Origin: Acidobacteriota bacterium
GTDB taxonomy: Bacteria > Acidobacteriota > CAIWXX01
Reading direction: 5' to 3'
NCBI GenBank assembly: GCA_040755995.1
Contig: JBFMAF010000008.1
Span: 160,001 to 224,000 of the forward strand
Length of the DNA: 64,000 nt
The translations under genes were made by a program, and so were the position numbers. How positions within the stretch are numbered: position 1 is the stretch's first letter; the number at the start of each line of letters is the position of its first letter. Positions 29,710 to 40,481 of this stretch are shown piece by piece. A model generated the notes under the pieces. It was not told the origin of the DNA. It did no database searches and saw only the letters and a program-made list of their open reading frames with translations.

Positions 29710-30075
29710 CTACCCTCTCTTCCGGCGGGCGGGGGCGCCGAAGGCAGCCACGGCCTCGGAGGCCTCGCCGTGAATCTCGAGAACCTTGTGGACCCCGGTC
29801 ATCGACAGGACGGTCTCGACGCGCTTCTGGAGTCCGGACAGCTTGAGCGTCCCCTGCTTCTCGCGCAACAGGCGGTAAATGTCGATGAGGCAGCCGATGG
29901 TGGCGCTGTCGACGTAGGCCACCTCCTTGAGGTCGATTACCAGCTTGCGCGCGCCCTCGGTATCGACCAGCCGCCGCACCTCGTCCTGGAAGGCGGCCAG
30001 CATGGGATAAGCCAGCCTGTCCTCCTTTACACGAATCAGATGAACGTCCCCTGTCTTCTCGGTCACCAGTCGCAT
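29710..30075 (-). CDS. STAS-domain anti-sigma-factor antagonist
   Basis: KLVIDLKEVAYVDSATIG (conserved Ser), LKLSGL; SD GGAGG. Confidence 0.9.
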   Translation of the reverse strand: MRLVTEKTGDVHLIRVKEDRLAYPMLAAFQDEVRRLVDTEGARKLVIDLKEVAYVDSATIGCLIDIYRLLREKQGTLKLSGLQKRVETVLSMTGVHKVLEIHGEASEAVAAFGAPARRKRG

Positions 30076-30123
30076 GTCATCACCTCCGTGCGCACCACAG
30101 CACTCGGTCCATGGTCCATCTCT

Positions 30124-30825
30124 TCACGCCGCACCAGCTCGGGAATGCGTCAGAACGCGGGCCAGCTCTTTGCGGCCCCGATTGATACGGCTCTTGACGG
30201 TTCCTTCGGGCAGTCTGAGCCGGCGCGCCATTTCCTGGTAGGTCATCTCATACAGGTCGCGCAGAATCACGGCCTGGCGCAGGGCCGCGGGAAGTTGATC
30301 GAGTCCCTGCCTCAGGAGGTTTCTACGGTCGTGGTCTTCCATGAGACGTTGCGGATTGCCGGAGCTGGCGGGAGCGGTGTCGAAGCTCACGAGCTCCTCG
30401 ACCAGCACCTCCCGTTCGCGCCGCGTGGAACGATAATGGTCGATACAGTGGTTTCTTGCCACGCTCGACAGCCACACCGCGAAGTCAGCGTTCCGATCGA
30501 ACTTGTCGAGGCACCGGAACAGCCTCAGGAAGATCTCCTGAGTCAGGTCCTCGGCCTCCTCGTAACGCCCCGTGAACTTGTAAGCGATGTGGAAGACCTT
30601 CCTGCGATAGCGGTCGACGATCTGCTCCCACGCCCTGTTGTCCTTCCGCAGGCAGCGCCCGACCAGCTCGAATTCGCTTTTCGGGTGCGGTGTTTCCTGG
30701 GTCTTCGCCGGCCAGACCACTGGCGACGCGCCTCCTGCTCTATCGGAAGTGGAGGGCCAGAGATGCCCTCGAGAGGGAGATTTCTTTGAGCGGACCATCG
30801 AAAAGACCGGTATTCTCTCCGTCAC
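30124..30825 (-). CDS. ECF RNA polymerase sigma factor
   Basis: AEDLTQEIF, WL..VARNHCID, TYQEMA..L..PEGTVKSRINRGR. Confidence 0.95.
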   Translation of the reverse strand: MTERIPVFSMVRSKKSPSRGHLWPSTSDRAGGASPVVWPAKTQETPHPKSEFELVGRCLRKDNRAWEQIVDRYRRKVFHIAYKFTGRYEEAEDLTQEIFLRLFRCLDKFDRNADFAVWLSSVARNHCIDHYRSTRREREVLVEELVSFDTAPASSGNPQRLMEDHDRRNLLRQGLDQLPAALRQAVILRDLYEMTYQEMARRLRLPEGTVKSRINRGRKELARVLTHSRAGAA

Positions 30826-30831
30826 GAAGAG

Positions 30832-30860
30832 ACTCTATGAATCGGTCCACAGCTTGTCAA
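30832..30860 (-). promoter_or_regulatory. sigma70 promoter of the ECF operon
   Basis: Minus strand TTGACA (30860-30855), 17 nt, TAGAGT (30837-30832); predicted TSS falls at about GTG 30825. Confidence 0.65.
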
Positions 30861-31235
30861 GCGCTTTGTCTCCTTTGTCTCCCTTTGTCTCCAACGTGCG
30901 GTACACAACGCGTCATACGCTGCGTCTACTGGTCGAGATTGTTGTGGACTTGTGACGCGCTGTATAGAATAGGCGGAGAAGCGGCGGCACCGGTCGCACA
31001 ACTGCATCGCTGGAGCGACGAAGTGAAGGGGAACTCCGCCGCATCCAAGTCAGGCGGATTGAGGTGGGAAGCGTGTTGCGATTGCGTCGAATTCCTGGCG
31101 CGGTGAATCCTCGCCACCCGGAGGCCGCCTTCACTCCACTCTCCGCACTCTGTTCTCTACGAGAAGCGCCACCGGAGCGGCCCCGCGCGCTTCATCGACC
31201 CGATGCCGCGTATAGCTAGGCGGCGGGATAGGACA

Positions 31236-32810
31236 ATGAGGAAGCAGCTGCCGGCCCTGCTGCTGGCTGTGGCGGGCGCGGGTGTGCTTCTGGCGGTCGC
31301 GGCCGGTATTTCGACGCTGCGGGCGCCGCCCTGCGAGCCGACGCTGTGCTTCGGGAGGGGAGGGGATTCCGTCACGCTCGATCCCGCCGCCGTTTCGGAT
31401 GGCGAATCGGCGATGGTGGGTGTGCAGATCTACGAAGGGCTCGCGCGCCTCTCAGATGATCTGAGCGGAATCGAGCCCTGCCTGGCCACTTCCTGGGAGG
31501 AGTCGGCCGGCGGGAGGGAGTGGACGTTTCATCTTCGGCGCGGCGTCCTCTTCCACGACGGCACGGCGTTCACCTCCGAGGCGGTAGTGTTTGCAGTGCG
31601 GCGGAAGATGGACCCGGCGCACAGTTATTTCGAGAAGAGGTTCGCCGAGATAGAACAGTCGTTGACGGTGCTCGATGAAGTCGACGCGGTCGATGCGTAC
31701 ACGGTTCGCTTCAGATTGAAGCATCCGTTTACGCCGTTTCTGACCGCTATCGCCAACTACGTGGACATCGTCAGCCCTGCAGCCGTGATGAAGTGGGGGG
31801 CCGATTTCGAGCGCCATCCCGTGGGTACCGGGCCGTTCAAGTTCGTCGAATGGGTGCCGGACGACTACATCCTTCTGGAGAAGAACCGTTCGTACTGGGG
31901 CAGTCGACCGAGGCTCGGGCGCGTATTGTTCCGCTGCATTCCGGATGGCAAAGAGCGCCTGCTCGCTCTCAAGACCGGCGCCATACAGGCGATGGACGGA
32001 ATCAGCCCGGAGGATCTCGACGCCATTCGACGGCGCCCTGACCTGAGAGTGGAGACAAGAGCCGGCCTCAACATAGGCTATCTGGCAATGAACGTGGAGA
32101 AACCGCCTTTCGACCGGGTCGGGGTCCGTCGGGCGATCAATCACGCGATCAACAAGGCCAATCTGGTGAAGATGGCGTACGGCGGGCTCGCCGTGCCGGC
32201 CACCGGCCCGATTCCCGCGACCATGTGGGGATCCGCAGGCGACCTGCCTGACTACCCATACGACCCCGACCAGGCGCGGCGATTGCTTGTGGATGCCGGA
32301 CTGGGATCGGGGTTCGAAACCAGTCTCTGGGTCATGCCGATCCCTCGGCCCTACATGATTCAACCTCAACGGATCGCGGACGCGATCAAGGCCAATCTGG
32401 CCGCAATCGGAGTGAGGGCGAAGCTTCACAGCTGCGACTGGCAAAGCTACCTTGAAGGAATTGGCAGCGGCGAGCACGAGATGGCGCTGATCGGATACAG
32501 TGCGGACTCCCCTGACCCGGACGATCTTCTCACGACCAACCTGGGCTCCGAATACGCCGTGAAGCCGAACGCCGGCAACATCTCGTTCTTCCGCAATCCC
32601 CAGGTCGACGTCATGCTCTTGCGTGCGCGAAGCGTTCTGTCGCCGGAGAAGCGTGCTGGCTACTACCGGCAGGTGCTCGAGATCGTTCATGAGGAAGCGC
32701 CATGGGTTCCCCTGGCCTACGCCAAACAGGTCCTCGCGATGAGCCGCAACCTGCATGGAATCGTACTGACTGACGTCGTGTGGCTGAGGGACGCCTGGAT
32801 GGATGAGTAG
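31236..32810 (+). CDS. Family 5 (DppA-like) substrate-binding protein
   Basis: TLDP, CLATSW, FHDGT.F, PVGTGPFKF, VRRAINHAIN, PRPY. Confidence 0.93.
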   Translation: MRKQLPALLLAVAGAGVLLAVAAGISTLRAPPCEPTLCFGRGGDSVTLDPAAVSDGESAMVGVQIYEGLARLSDDLSGIEPCLATSWEESAGGREWTFHLRRGVLFHDGTAFTSEAVVFAVRRKMDPAHSYFEKRFAEIEQSLTVLDEVDAVDAYTVRFRLKHPFTPFLTAIANYVDIVSPAAVMKWGADFERHPVGTGPFKFVEWVPDDYILLEKNRSYWGSRPRLGRVLFRCIPDGKERLLALKTGAIQAMDGISPEDLDAIRRRPDLRVETRAGLNIGYLAMNVEKPPFDRVGVRRAINHAINKANLVKMAYGGLAVPATGPIPATMWGSAGDLPDYPYDPDQARRLLVDAGLGSGFETSLWVMPIPRPYMIQPQRIADAIKANLAAIGVRAKLHSCDWQSYLEGIGSGEHEMALIGYSADSPDPDDLLTTNLGSEYAVKPNAGNISFFRNPQVDVMLLRARSVLSPEKRAGYYRQVLEIVHEEAPWVPLAYAKQVLAMSRNLHGIVLTDVVWLRDAWMDE

Positions 32811-32916
32811 AATCGCGACGGGTGATCCGGCAATGAGCTGTACGAGTGCGGGGACGCGGAGACTAAAAGAGACGGAGAAAAGGAGACCTGGTGACACGGG
32901 GGGAGGCGAAGGTCAG

Positions 32917-35900
32917 ATGAGCGGCATGCACTGGGCGAGGCTGCTGCGCTGGAACTCGATCGGACTCCGCCTCGCTCTGCTCTTCGTCGCGATCGCCCTT
33001 CTCCCTATGGTGATCACCGCCTACACTGGCATGGCGATCGATATGAGGCGATCCGAGCGGGCCTTGCAAGAAGAAGCGACCCGGTCGGTTCGCGATGCAG
33101 ATCGGCTGTTGTCCGAGTACCTCGCCAGGGCGAACAGCCTCGCGGACTTCCTGGCGGGAAGCGGGGCCGTCAGAAAGACGAGTGATCCTGAGGAAATCCT
33201 GGACCTTCTGGAAGCCACCAAGGATCTGTGGTTCCTCGCTGTGGTGGAGGTCCTCGATCGCGATGGCAACCCGGTCGCCCGCAGTTATCCCAAGCGGATC
33301 GGCATCGAAGGGTTTCTCACCAGCCCGCAGGACCCGCTCTTCAGGCGCGCCTCCGGCCTCGAGCCGGTTTCCGACATTGTCGGCGCGCCGGGGGGACTCG
33401 CGCTGAAGGCGGCGGTGCCGGTGCTGCATCCGGTCACGCTCGGTGTGCAGGGTGTAGTGGTCGTCTCGTATCCCGTGACGCCCGCCCTCGCACAGGCGAT
33501 CAAGGACCAGCTGAAGGCGGAGATCACGGTGCAGTGGAGTCCGCGCGGAGACATTGTCAGCACGCTGCAGGATGAGCGCGGGCTCGCGCTCAAACGTGCC
33601 TGGGACTCCGCTTCCAAGCACGTTGAGCAACTGCCTCGGGACCCGGTCTGGCAGGTTGAGGAGATTGCGGGAGCGCGGCGTGAGACGGCCTATCTCAGGC
33701 TCACAAGCAGGGATGGCCGTCCGGTGGGTATCTTGTCAGTGGCCATGGATCGGTCGTCGATAGAGGAGGGCAGGCGCGACGCGGTGAGGATCCTGCTGGT
33801 CAGCAGCGCGGTCGCCTTGCTCCTCGCCATGTTCCTCGCCTTCGTCACGTCCCTCTACCTGACGCGGCCGCTCTATCGGATGCTGGGTGCCATTGCCGAG
33901 ATCTCGAAGGGCGACCTCACGCAGCGCGTGCAGAGCGATCAGAGGGACGAGGTGGGCGATCTGGCCAGGGCGTTCAATCAGATGACTGCGAAGCTACAGA
34001 GCGAGCACGCGTCGCTCCAGGAGGCCGAGAAGAAATATCGCGGCATATTCGAGAACGCAGTCGAGGGCATGTATCAGGCCGATCTCGACGGCCGCTTTCT
34101 GAGCGCCAATGAATCCGCGGCGAGGATACTTGGATACGGCTCCGCCGAAGATCTCAAGCGCTCGACGTCTGATCCGGATCGGCCCTGGTTCGCCGACTCT
34201 CAGGCGCGCGAGGCGATCTATCAAATCGTTCGCGACGGCGGGCGGGTCAGCGGGTTCGAGACGCAACTCCTGCGCAAGGACGGCGGGGCCGTGTGGGCGG
34301 CGATCTCGATGCGCGGTGTAGTGGGGGAGGACGGAACGCCGGCGTACACGGAGGGGTCCATCATCGACATCACGGAGAGGAAGGAGCGGGAGCACGTAGA
34401 AAGCGAGCTTCGGGCGGCCGAGGCTGCCAACCGTGCGAAGAGCGACTTCCTTGCCAACGTGTCCCACGAGATCCGCACGCCGATGAGCGGCATAATGGGC
34501 ATGGCAGAGCTTCTTCTGTCCACGGATCTGGCGCCGCAGCAACGCGGCTATGTGGCGACGATGATCCGGTCATCGGAGTCCCTCCTGGCGATTCTCAACG
34601 ACGTCCTCGACCTGTCCAAGATCGAGGCTGGCAAGCTCGACATCGAGGCGATTCCGTTCGATCTCCACGGGCTGATCCACGATGTCCTGCAGCTCATGAG
34701 GCCGCGCGCGATAGAGAAGGGCATCGAGCTTCTCACCGCCTACCCACCCGAAATCCCTCGGCTGCTGATCGGTGACCCGGTGCGGATTCGCCAGGTGCTG
34801 ATGAACCTCGTCGGGAATGCCATCAAGTTCACTCATCGAGGATGGGTGAGGGTGGAAGTCGAATGCACCGGCCTGCACGACGAGACGGCCACCCTGCAAT
34901 TCCGCGTTTCAGACACCGGGATCGGCATGGCGGCGGAGACCCAGCGGAGGATATTCCAGAAGTTTACACAGGCCGACTCCAGCACCACCCGCACCTACGG
35001 CGGCACCGGCCTGGGATTGGCGATATCCAAGCAGCTGGTGGAGATGATGGGGGGCGCGATCGGGATGTCGAGCCGCGAGGGCGAGGGATCGTCGTTCTTC
35101 TTCTCCCTCACACTGCCGATCCACAAGCAGGTGCCGGCGGTTGCCGAGCCTGGCAGTCTGGCGGGTCTGTCCGTTCTCGTCGTAGACGACAACGACCTCA
35201 ATCGGCAGATGCTCACCGCACTGCTCGACAGCTGGGGCGCCAGGTGGCAAGAGGCGGCGTCCGGCGCGGAGGCGCTGCGCGCCCTTCGAGTCGCATGCGA
35301 GGAAGGCCATCGGTTCGAGGTGGCGATACTCGATTACCTCATGCCCGAGATGGACGGCGAGAAGCTGGCCAGGGCCATCAAGGGCGACGCGCACCTCCGC
35401 GACATGGCGCTGGTGCTGCTGAGCTCCATCAAGTTCCGCCGGCGCGATGATGCACGGCGCCTGGAGGAGGTGGGTATCACCGTATGCCTGACGAAACCGG
35501 TGCGCGCCCAGGACCTCCATGACGCGCTGATCGAGGTGCTCGGCTCCCGTCGGGTTGAAACCGGAGCGCCTGTGACGGAAGGCGAAGAAGCCGGAGTAGT
35601 CCTTCCCGCCCGGTCGATGAAGGGCGTGCGCGTCCTGCTCGCTGACGACAGTCCCGTTATTCAGAAGGTGGCCAGGACGTTTCTCGATCGCCTCGGCTGC
35701 ACCGTCGACGCGGTTGGAAACGGCATGGAAGTCGTCGAGAGGGTGAGGTCGGCCGCCTATGATGTCATCCTGATGGACCTGTCGATGCCGGGCATGGACG
35801 GGTTCGAGACCGCGCGCGAGATCCGGCGAGTCGAAGGGTCCGACCGCCAAACACCTGTAGTCGCCATGACCGCACACGCTATGCGCGGGGACCGCGAGAG

Positions 35901-36447
35901 GTACTTGTCGGCTGGAATGGACGACTACCTGGGCAAACCGTTCCGGCTTGCCGACATTCGTGCAGTCGTCGAAAAACACTGCCGGCTGCGCTCAGATGGA
36001 GCGGTAGAGGCCGAAGCCGCTCCAGCGCCGGCGGATCGCGGGACGGAAGGCAGGACAGGTGTGACCCTCGACCAGACCTACGTGGTCGAGATCGCAGGGG
36101 GCAACACGGAGGCCATCCGCAGGCTCCTGGACGCATTCCTCGAAGAACTGGCGAAGCAGATTGAGCGACTGAGTCAGACTATCGCAGGAGGCGACCTGGA
36201 AAATGCCTGCACGTACGCACACAGGCTGAGGGGATCGGCTGCGCAGCTTGGAGCAGGCGCACTCGCGCAAGCGGCAGGCCGCATCGAGGACGCAGCGAGG
36301 GGCGGCATGCCGGACCTCTGCCGCAGCGGGATGCGTGCGCTAATCGACGAACGCCAGATTCTCGAGAAGACGCTTGCGGCAGTCGATTGGCAGAAGGCGG
36401 TAGATGAGTCCCAATCCTCCGCGAAGGCAACCGGCGACGCGTGCTGA
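32917..36447 (+). CDS. Hybrid histidine kinase (periplasmic sensor-HAMP-PAS-HisKA-HATPase-2xREC-HPt)
   Basis: [27 protein letters not shown], two receivers, HPt AHRLRGSA; start uncertain (32803-32926). Confidence 0.95.
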   Translation: MSGMHWARLLRWNSIGLRLALLFVAIALLPMVITAYTGMAIDMRRSERALQEEATRSVRDADRLLSEYLARANSLADFLAGSGAVRKTSDPEEILDLLEATKDLWFLAVVEVLDRDGNPVARSYPKRIGIEGFLTSPQDPLFRRASGLEPVSDIVGAPGGLALKAAVPVLHPVTLGVQGVVVVSYPVTPALAQAIKDQLKAEITVQWSPRGDIVSTLQDERGLALKRAWDSASKHVEQLPRDPVWQVEEIAGARRETAYLRLTSRDGRPVGILSVAMDRSSIEEGRRDAVRILLVSSAVALLLAMFLAFVTSLYLTRPLYRMLGAIAEISKGDLTQRVQSDQRDEVGDLARAFNQMTAKLQSEHASLQEAEKKYRGIFENAVEGMYQADLDGRFLSANESAARILGYGSAEDLKRSTSDPDRPWFADSQAREAIYQIVRDGGRVSGFETQLLRKDGGAVWAAISMRGVVGEDGTPAYTEGSIIDITERKEREHVESELRAAEAANRAKSDFLANVSHEIRTPMSGIMGMAELLLSTDLAPQQRGYVATMIRSSESLLAILNDVLDLSKIEAGKLDIEAIPFDLHGLIHDVLQLMRPRAIEKGIELLTAYPPEIPRLLIGDPVRIRQVLMNLVGNAIKFTHRGWVRVEVECTGLHDETATLQFRVSDTGIGMAAETQRRIFQKFTQADSSTTRTYGGTGLGLAISKQLVEMMGGAIGMSSREGEGSSFFFSLTLPIHKQVPAVAEPGSLAGLSVLVVDDNDLNRQMLTALLDSWGARWQEAASGAEALRALRVACEEGHRFEVAILDYLMPEMDGEKLARAIKGDAHLRDMALVLLSSIKFRRRDDARRLEEVGITVCLTKPVRAQDLHDALIEVLGSRRVETGAPVTEGEEAGVVLPARSMKGVRVLLADDSPVIQKVARTFLDRLGCTVDAVGNGMEVVERVRSAAYDVILMDLSMPGMDGFETAREIRRVEGSDRQTPVVAMTAHAMRGDRERYLSAGMDDYLGKPFRLADIRAVVEKHCRLRSDGAVEAEAAPAPADRGTEGRTGVTLDQTYVVEIAGGNTEAIRRLLDAFLEELAKQIERLSQTIAGGDLENACTYAHRLRGSAAQLGAGALAQAAGRIEDAARGGMPDLCRSGMRALIDERQILEKTLAAVDWQKAVDESQSSAKATGDAC

Positions 36448-36674
36448 TCATCCGCATGCTCGCGGGCGAGGAGAGGCCACGGGACCCGCCCAATGAGACA
36501 GCCCCCGATCGGTTGAGCACCCACGGTGTGGATGTGGCCCAGGCTGGAATTGAACGCGACGAATGAAGTAGACTTGGGTCCACCGGAAGTGAGACAGTGA
36601 TCTCCACGCTCTTTGCCATGCTCACCGGCAAGGTGCTTTCCACAGAGGAGACAACCGGAGAGGACGCGCCGCCC

Positions 36675-37169
36675 ATGGCCCGCTCCGGTATGCTTCCTCC
36701 ATCGTATGGCCATGGCAGCGCATCCGTTGCCGTACGTTCCCTCGGCCTGTTCGCCGTCTGCTCCGTCATCATCGCCTGTGCCGGCAGTGGGGTCGGGCTG
36801 GATGAAAACGGCAATCCACCGGGGCCGGGGGGAGGCCTGCCCGTGGCGTTCGATCCGACCTTCGCCAACATCCAACAACAGGTGTTTACCCCGATCTGCA
36901 CGGCCTGCCACGCCGGCGCCGGCGCGCCACAAGGGTTGATGTTGGATGAAGCGCACTCCTACGATATGCTCCGCAACGTCCCCTCCGCAGAGAAGCCGGA
37001 TCTGTATCGAGTCCTTCCCGGGGACCCGAACAGCTCCTACCTGGTCCGGAAGCTGGAGGGTGGACCGGATATCGTGGGCGCGCAGATGCCATTGGGCCGC
37101 ACACCGCTGTCTCAGCCAACCATCAACGCGATACGTGTATGGATCGCCAAGGGGGCACCGCATAACTGA
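36675..37169 (+). CDS. Lipoprotein monoheme cytochrome c
   Basis: Lipobox-like IIAC, CTACH, PGDPNSSYL, QMP (candidate axial Met), WIAKGA. Confidence 0.8.
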   Translation: MARSGMLPPSYGHGSASVAVRSLGLFAVCSVIIACAGSGVGLDENGNPPGPGGGLPVAFDPTFANIQQQVFTPICTACHAGAGAPQGLMLDEAHSYDMLRNVPSAEKPDLYRVLPGDPNSSYLVRKLEGGPDIVGAQMPLGRTPLSQPTINAIRVWIAKGAPHN

Positions 37170-37197
37170 CCCTGCGCATCGCACGGAAGGGTATCGT

Positions 37198-38280
37198 ATG
37201 AGAATCTGGGCGCTCGTCTGTATTTTCGTCGTATGGATCTCGTCGATCCTGTCCGCCGAACCATACATAGCTGTGCGCGAGGGCTTCAAGTGCTCTTCAT
37301 GCCATGAGAACGTCACGGGAGGTGGCAAGAGGACGCAGATGGGAGCGACCTACGGGGCCGAGGCGCTGCCGTGGAAGCACATCGACCTGGAGGCCCGAAA
37401 GATCCCCGCCTACCGGTCCTGGTTCGACCAGTTGGTCTCGATTGGCGGCGATTTTCGGTTTCTCAACGAGAGCACCTTCCAGGAAGGTGCGACGGCCAAC
37501 ACCTTCCAGACGGACAAGGCGAATCTATACCTGCGGGTGAACCTGATTCCAAGCCACCTCTCACTCCACGTGGATGAGAGCCTCGCGCCGGGCGGCGCGC
37601 AATCGCGGGAGATATTCGCTCTCGTACAGCTGCCCATGCAAGGCTGGGTGAAAGCGGGCAAGTTCATCCAGCCGTACGGAATCCGCCTCGAAGATGACAG
37701 CGCGTTCATCCGCGAGGTCACCGGATTCAACTTCAACAACCCGGACCTCGGTGTCGAGGTAGGAGTCGAGCCGGGGAACTGGAGTATCGCCCTGGCCGCG
37801 ACGAATGGGACGGCGGGCAGCCTCGACAACAACGCGGCGAAACAGCTGGTAGGAACGCTCGCCTACGTCCGCGACGACATTCGCGCCGGCGCATCAGGCT
37901 CGTATAACTCGGGGCGGCTAGGAGACAAGCACAGCACCGGGCTGTGGGGAGGTTTTCGGCTGGGCCCGGCGGCCTTCCTGGGCGAAGCAGACCTCGTTCG
38001 CGAGCACCCCGACGACGACGCATCCCACGATCGGCTTGTCACGCATGCCGAAGTCGACTTCCTCGTCCACGAAGGCTGGAACGTGAAGGTCGCCTACGAG
38101 TACTACGATCCTGACCTGGACGTCGCCGAGAACCAAAGAGATCGTGTGGTAATCGGTGTCGAGCCGTTTCTGACGCCGTTCGTCCAGCTGGCGGTCTTCT
38201 ACACCTTCAATCAGAGCATCCCGCAGAACAAGCCTCAGAACGCGGACGAGCTCGTCTTCCGGCTTCACCTGTATTTCTGA
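37198..38280 (+). CDS. Cytochrome c-porin fusion (Cyc2-like architecture)
   Basis: Signal peptide, AEPYIAVREGFKCSSCH, then porin-like beta strands ending FRLHLYF. Confidence 0.72.
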   Translation: MRIWALVCIFVVWISSILSAEPYIAVREGFKCSSCHENVTGGGKRTQMGATYGAEALPWKHIDLEARKIPAYRSWFDQLVSIGGDFRFLNESTFQEGATANTFQTDKANLYLRVNLIPSHLSLHVDESLAPGGAQSREIFALVQLPMQGWVKAGKFIQPYGIRLEDDSAFIREVTGFNFNNPDLGVEVGVEPGNWSIALAATNGTAGSLDNNAAKQLVGTLAYVRDDIRAGASGSYNSGRLGDKHSTGLWGGFRLGPAAFLGEADLVREHPDDDASHDRLVTHAEVDFLVHEGWNVKVAYEYYDPDLDVAENQRDRVVIGVEPFLTPFVQLAVFYTFNQSIPQNKPQNADELVFRLHLYF

Positions 38281-38326
38281 AAACTCCGACAACTGATCGC
38301 TTCCGGCCCGCAGCCGTCCCACGTCG

Positions 38327-39193
38327 TCAGTGATCCGCAACGAACTGGAGGACTGCCATGGCCATTGGGCTGTCCGGCTCGCCGGTGTTCACCGATGCGA
38401 TCTCGGTGTAATGGTCGTAGCCCTTCAGTTGCTGTAGCTCGCTCGACAGACCTTTCTTCGTCAGAAGATTGTGGAAGCTCTTGGCGTTGCTCGTCAGTCC
38501 CGGCAAGTCTGTCTCTGCGTAAGTGATGAGTAACGGAGCCTGGCCGGCGCCCACGTATGTGACTGGTGAAGCGGCCTTGAGCACGCTCTTGTCGGTCGTG
38601 CCGAAGGCACTCACGAAAGCCGGGCCGAACACCAAGAGCGGTAGCTTTGACAGGTCGTAGGCACCGCTCGCGCTCACCACACCGTCGATGGCGGACGGCG
38701 CCAGGCCCACTTGTGCGAGGTATGTCTCGTCGGTTGCGACGAGCGAGACCAGGTGGCCTCCGGCGGAGTGGCCGAACAGAAAGACATGCTGCGGATCGCC
38801 TCCATATCGACCGACGTTCTTGACGACCCACCGGATGGCAGCCGCCACGTCTTCGACGTGTGCCGGGTGCTGCACCTCAGGCGAAAGCCGGTAGTTGGCC
38901 ACGACCGTGACCAGGCCATGATACCCGCTGAATGTCTTGCCGAGCTCCGCGTACTCGGACTTGTCACCGCTCATCCACGCTCCTCCGTGTATGAACACCA
39001 ACACCGGCGCCGATTTCAGCTCCTTGGGGCGGTAGACATCCAGCTTGTTCAGCGACTCGGGCCCATATGCGATATTCTTCTTGATCTTGACCGTGTAGTC
39101 CTGAGCCTGGACTGAGGTCCCAGGGGCGCAAAGGATGGCCAGGACCGCCGCGCCGGCGACAAGACGGGAAATGAATGTACTCCGAAGGCTCAT
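38327..39193 (-). CDS. Exported alpha/beta hydrolase (HSL/BD-FAE-like)
   Basis: HGGAW, NYRLSP, GHSAGG; signal peptide; GGAGG before ATG 39193. Confidence 0.9.
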   Translation of the reverse strand: MSLRSTFISRLVAGAAVLAILCAPGTSVQAQDYTVKIKKNIAYGPESLNKLDVYRPKELKSAPVLVFIHGGAWMSGDKSEYAELGKTFSGYHGLVTVVANYRLSPEVQHPAHVEDVAAAIRWVVKNVGRYGGDPQHVFLFGHSAGGHLVSLVATDETYLAQVGLAPSAIDGVVSASGAYDLSKLPLLVFGPAFVSAFGTTDKSVLKAASPVTYVGAGQAPLLITYAETDLPGLTSNAKSFHNLLTKKGLSSELQQLKGYDHYTEIASVNTGEPDSPMAMAVLQFVADH

Positions 39194-39382
39194 GATCATC
39201 CTCCAATCACCTACTATCATTCGCACGCCATCTCAGACGCCGCTCCTGCTCCGGAGGTTACTCCTCCCGACTCTCGTGTGCTCCAAGTCACACGGCGCGT
39301 TCAGCGCCACGTCGAGGTCGCCGGCCCGTGCTCACCAACGCATCGGGCACAGCCGAAAGGTCATCTCACGACTACAGCCCGG

Positions 39383-40015
39383 TCAGCTTCGGACCTTGAA
39401 TGCGACGGAAGCCATGGTTCTGTCCCACATCATGGCAAGCTTTCCCCCGTCGGCCGTCATGTCGATGAAAGCTATGGTGAACTGATCCATGGAGAAAGGA
39501 AGGGCACCAACACTCATTGCGACCCGCAGTACGTCTTTTTCCGAGGTATAGCCGTACGCCCCCCACAGGGCGACTTTGCTGCCGGGCTCATACTCCTGCT
39601 GGGCCGGCCATGTGGAGAAAATCAGCGTCCACGATTTCTCCTTCAATTCCACGAAGACCGAATATTCACCGGCCGGCAGCGTCTTTCTATCGAAAACCAA
39701 CGGCACCTCCGTCTTGAGACGCGTAGTCTGATTTGCCCCGGCACGCCAGACCGGCGCGCCATCATTCAGTGTCCGGCCGTAGTCAGCCCCTGTGCCGAAC
39801 AGGTTCTCGCGGCCGCGCTTGATGGGCCGGCCATAGGTAACCTCGATCCATTTCCCGCCCTGGTACGTCAGCCCATACTTGCCTTCCACGTATTTCCCAC
39901 CCAGCTGAGTGGCGGCTGTTCCGGCGGGGCTGGCCGGCTTCCGGTCCTGTGCCAGCGCGAGGAGACCGGTAAGGGACATTACTCCAATAACCAAGACTAG
40001 TATGCGAAGCTTCAT
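39383..40015 (-). CDS. DUF2911-domain exported protein
   Basis: ASP, YGRPIKRGR..FG, VWRAGAN..T, LPAGEYS. Confidence 0.85.
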   Translation of the reverse strand: MKLRILVLVIGVMSLTGLLALAQDRKPASPAGTAATQLGGKYVEGKYGLTYQGGKWIEVTYGRPIKRGRENLFGTGADYGRTLNDGAPVWRAGANQTTRLKTEVPLVFDRKTLPAGEYSVFVELKEKSWTLIFSTWPAQQEYEPGSKVALWGAYGYTSEKDVLRVAMSVGALPFSMDQFTIAFIDMTADGGKLAMMWDRTMASVAFKVRS

Positions 40016-40191
40016 AGGGCACTCCTTGTTCTTTCATCTCTAAGGGCTATACGATATTGCTTTTGGGAATAGGTCATAGAAATGCTACGATCGTAGTAAC
40101 ATTCTGAATAGAATGTCGGCGGCTTCCCCCACGTAGGGCTTCATGACCAATCCTCCTGTTGGCGAGGCGCCGCCTCGGACCGATTACCCGC

Positions 40192-40245
40192 GCGAGGGCG
40201 CGTTGGCCGCGCCTCGCGTAGAGAGTAAAGAGTGGAGAGTAGAGA
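40192..40245. repeat. Dispersed hairpin repeat with a GTAGAGA-type heptamer tail
   Basis: CGCGAGGGCGCG-TTGGC-CGCGCCTCGCG stem followed by four heptamers. Confidence 0.6.
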
Positions 40246-40481
40246 GTGGCGGCGACGCACCACTCCGAAATCTTGACTCAACCGCAACATCTTCTTCGCA
40301 TCGGGCCCATTCGCTGCATATTGTACACTCGAGTGCTCTGACTTCCCAAATGATCAACCGATCGGTGCGCGCCTGACGGCGTGCGGCACGCCGGCGGCGG
40401 CCTGCGCCGCTCATTGCGAGTGCGGTCGAGCGCGCGCGCGGCCGCCGCCGGGTACCGCTGCCCGTCAGGGCTCCCTTCTCC

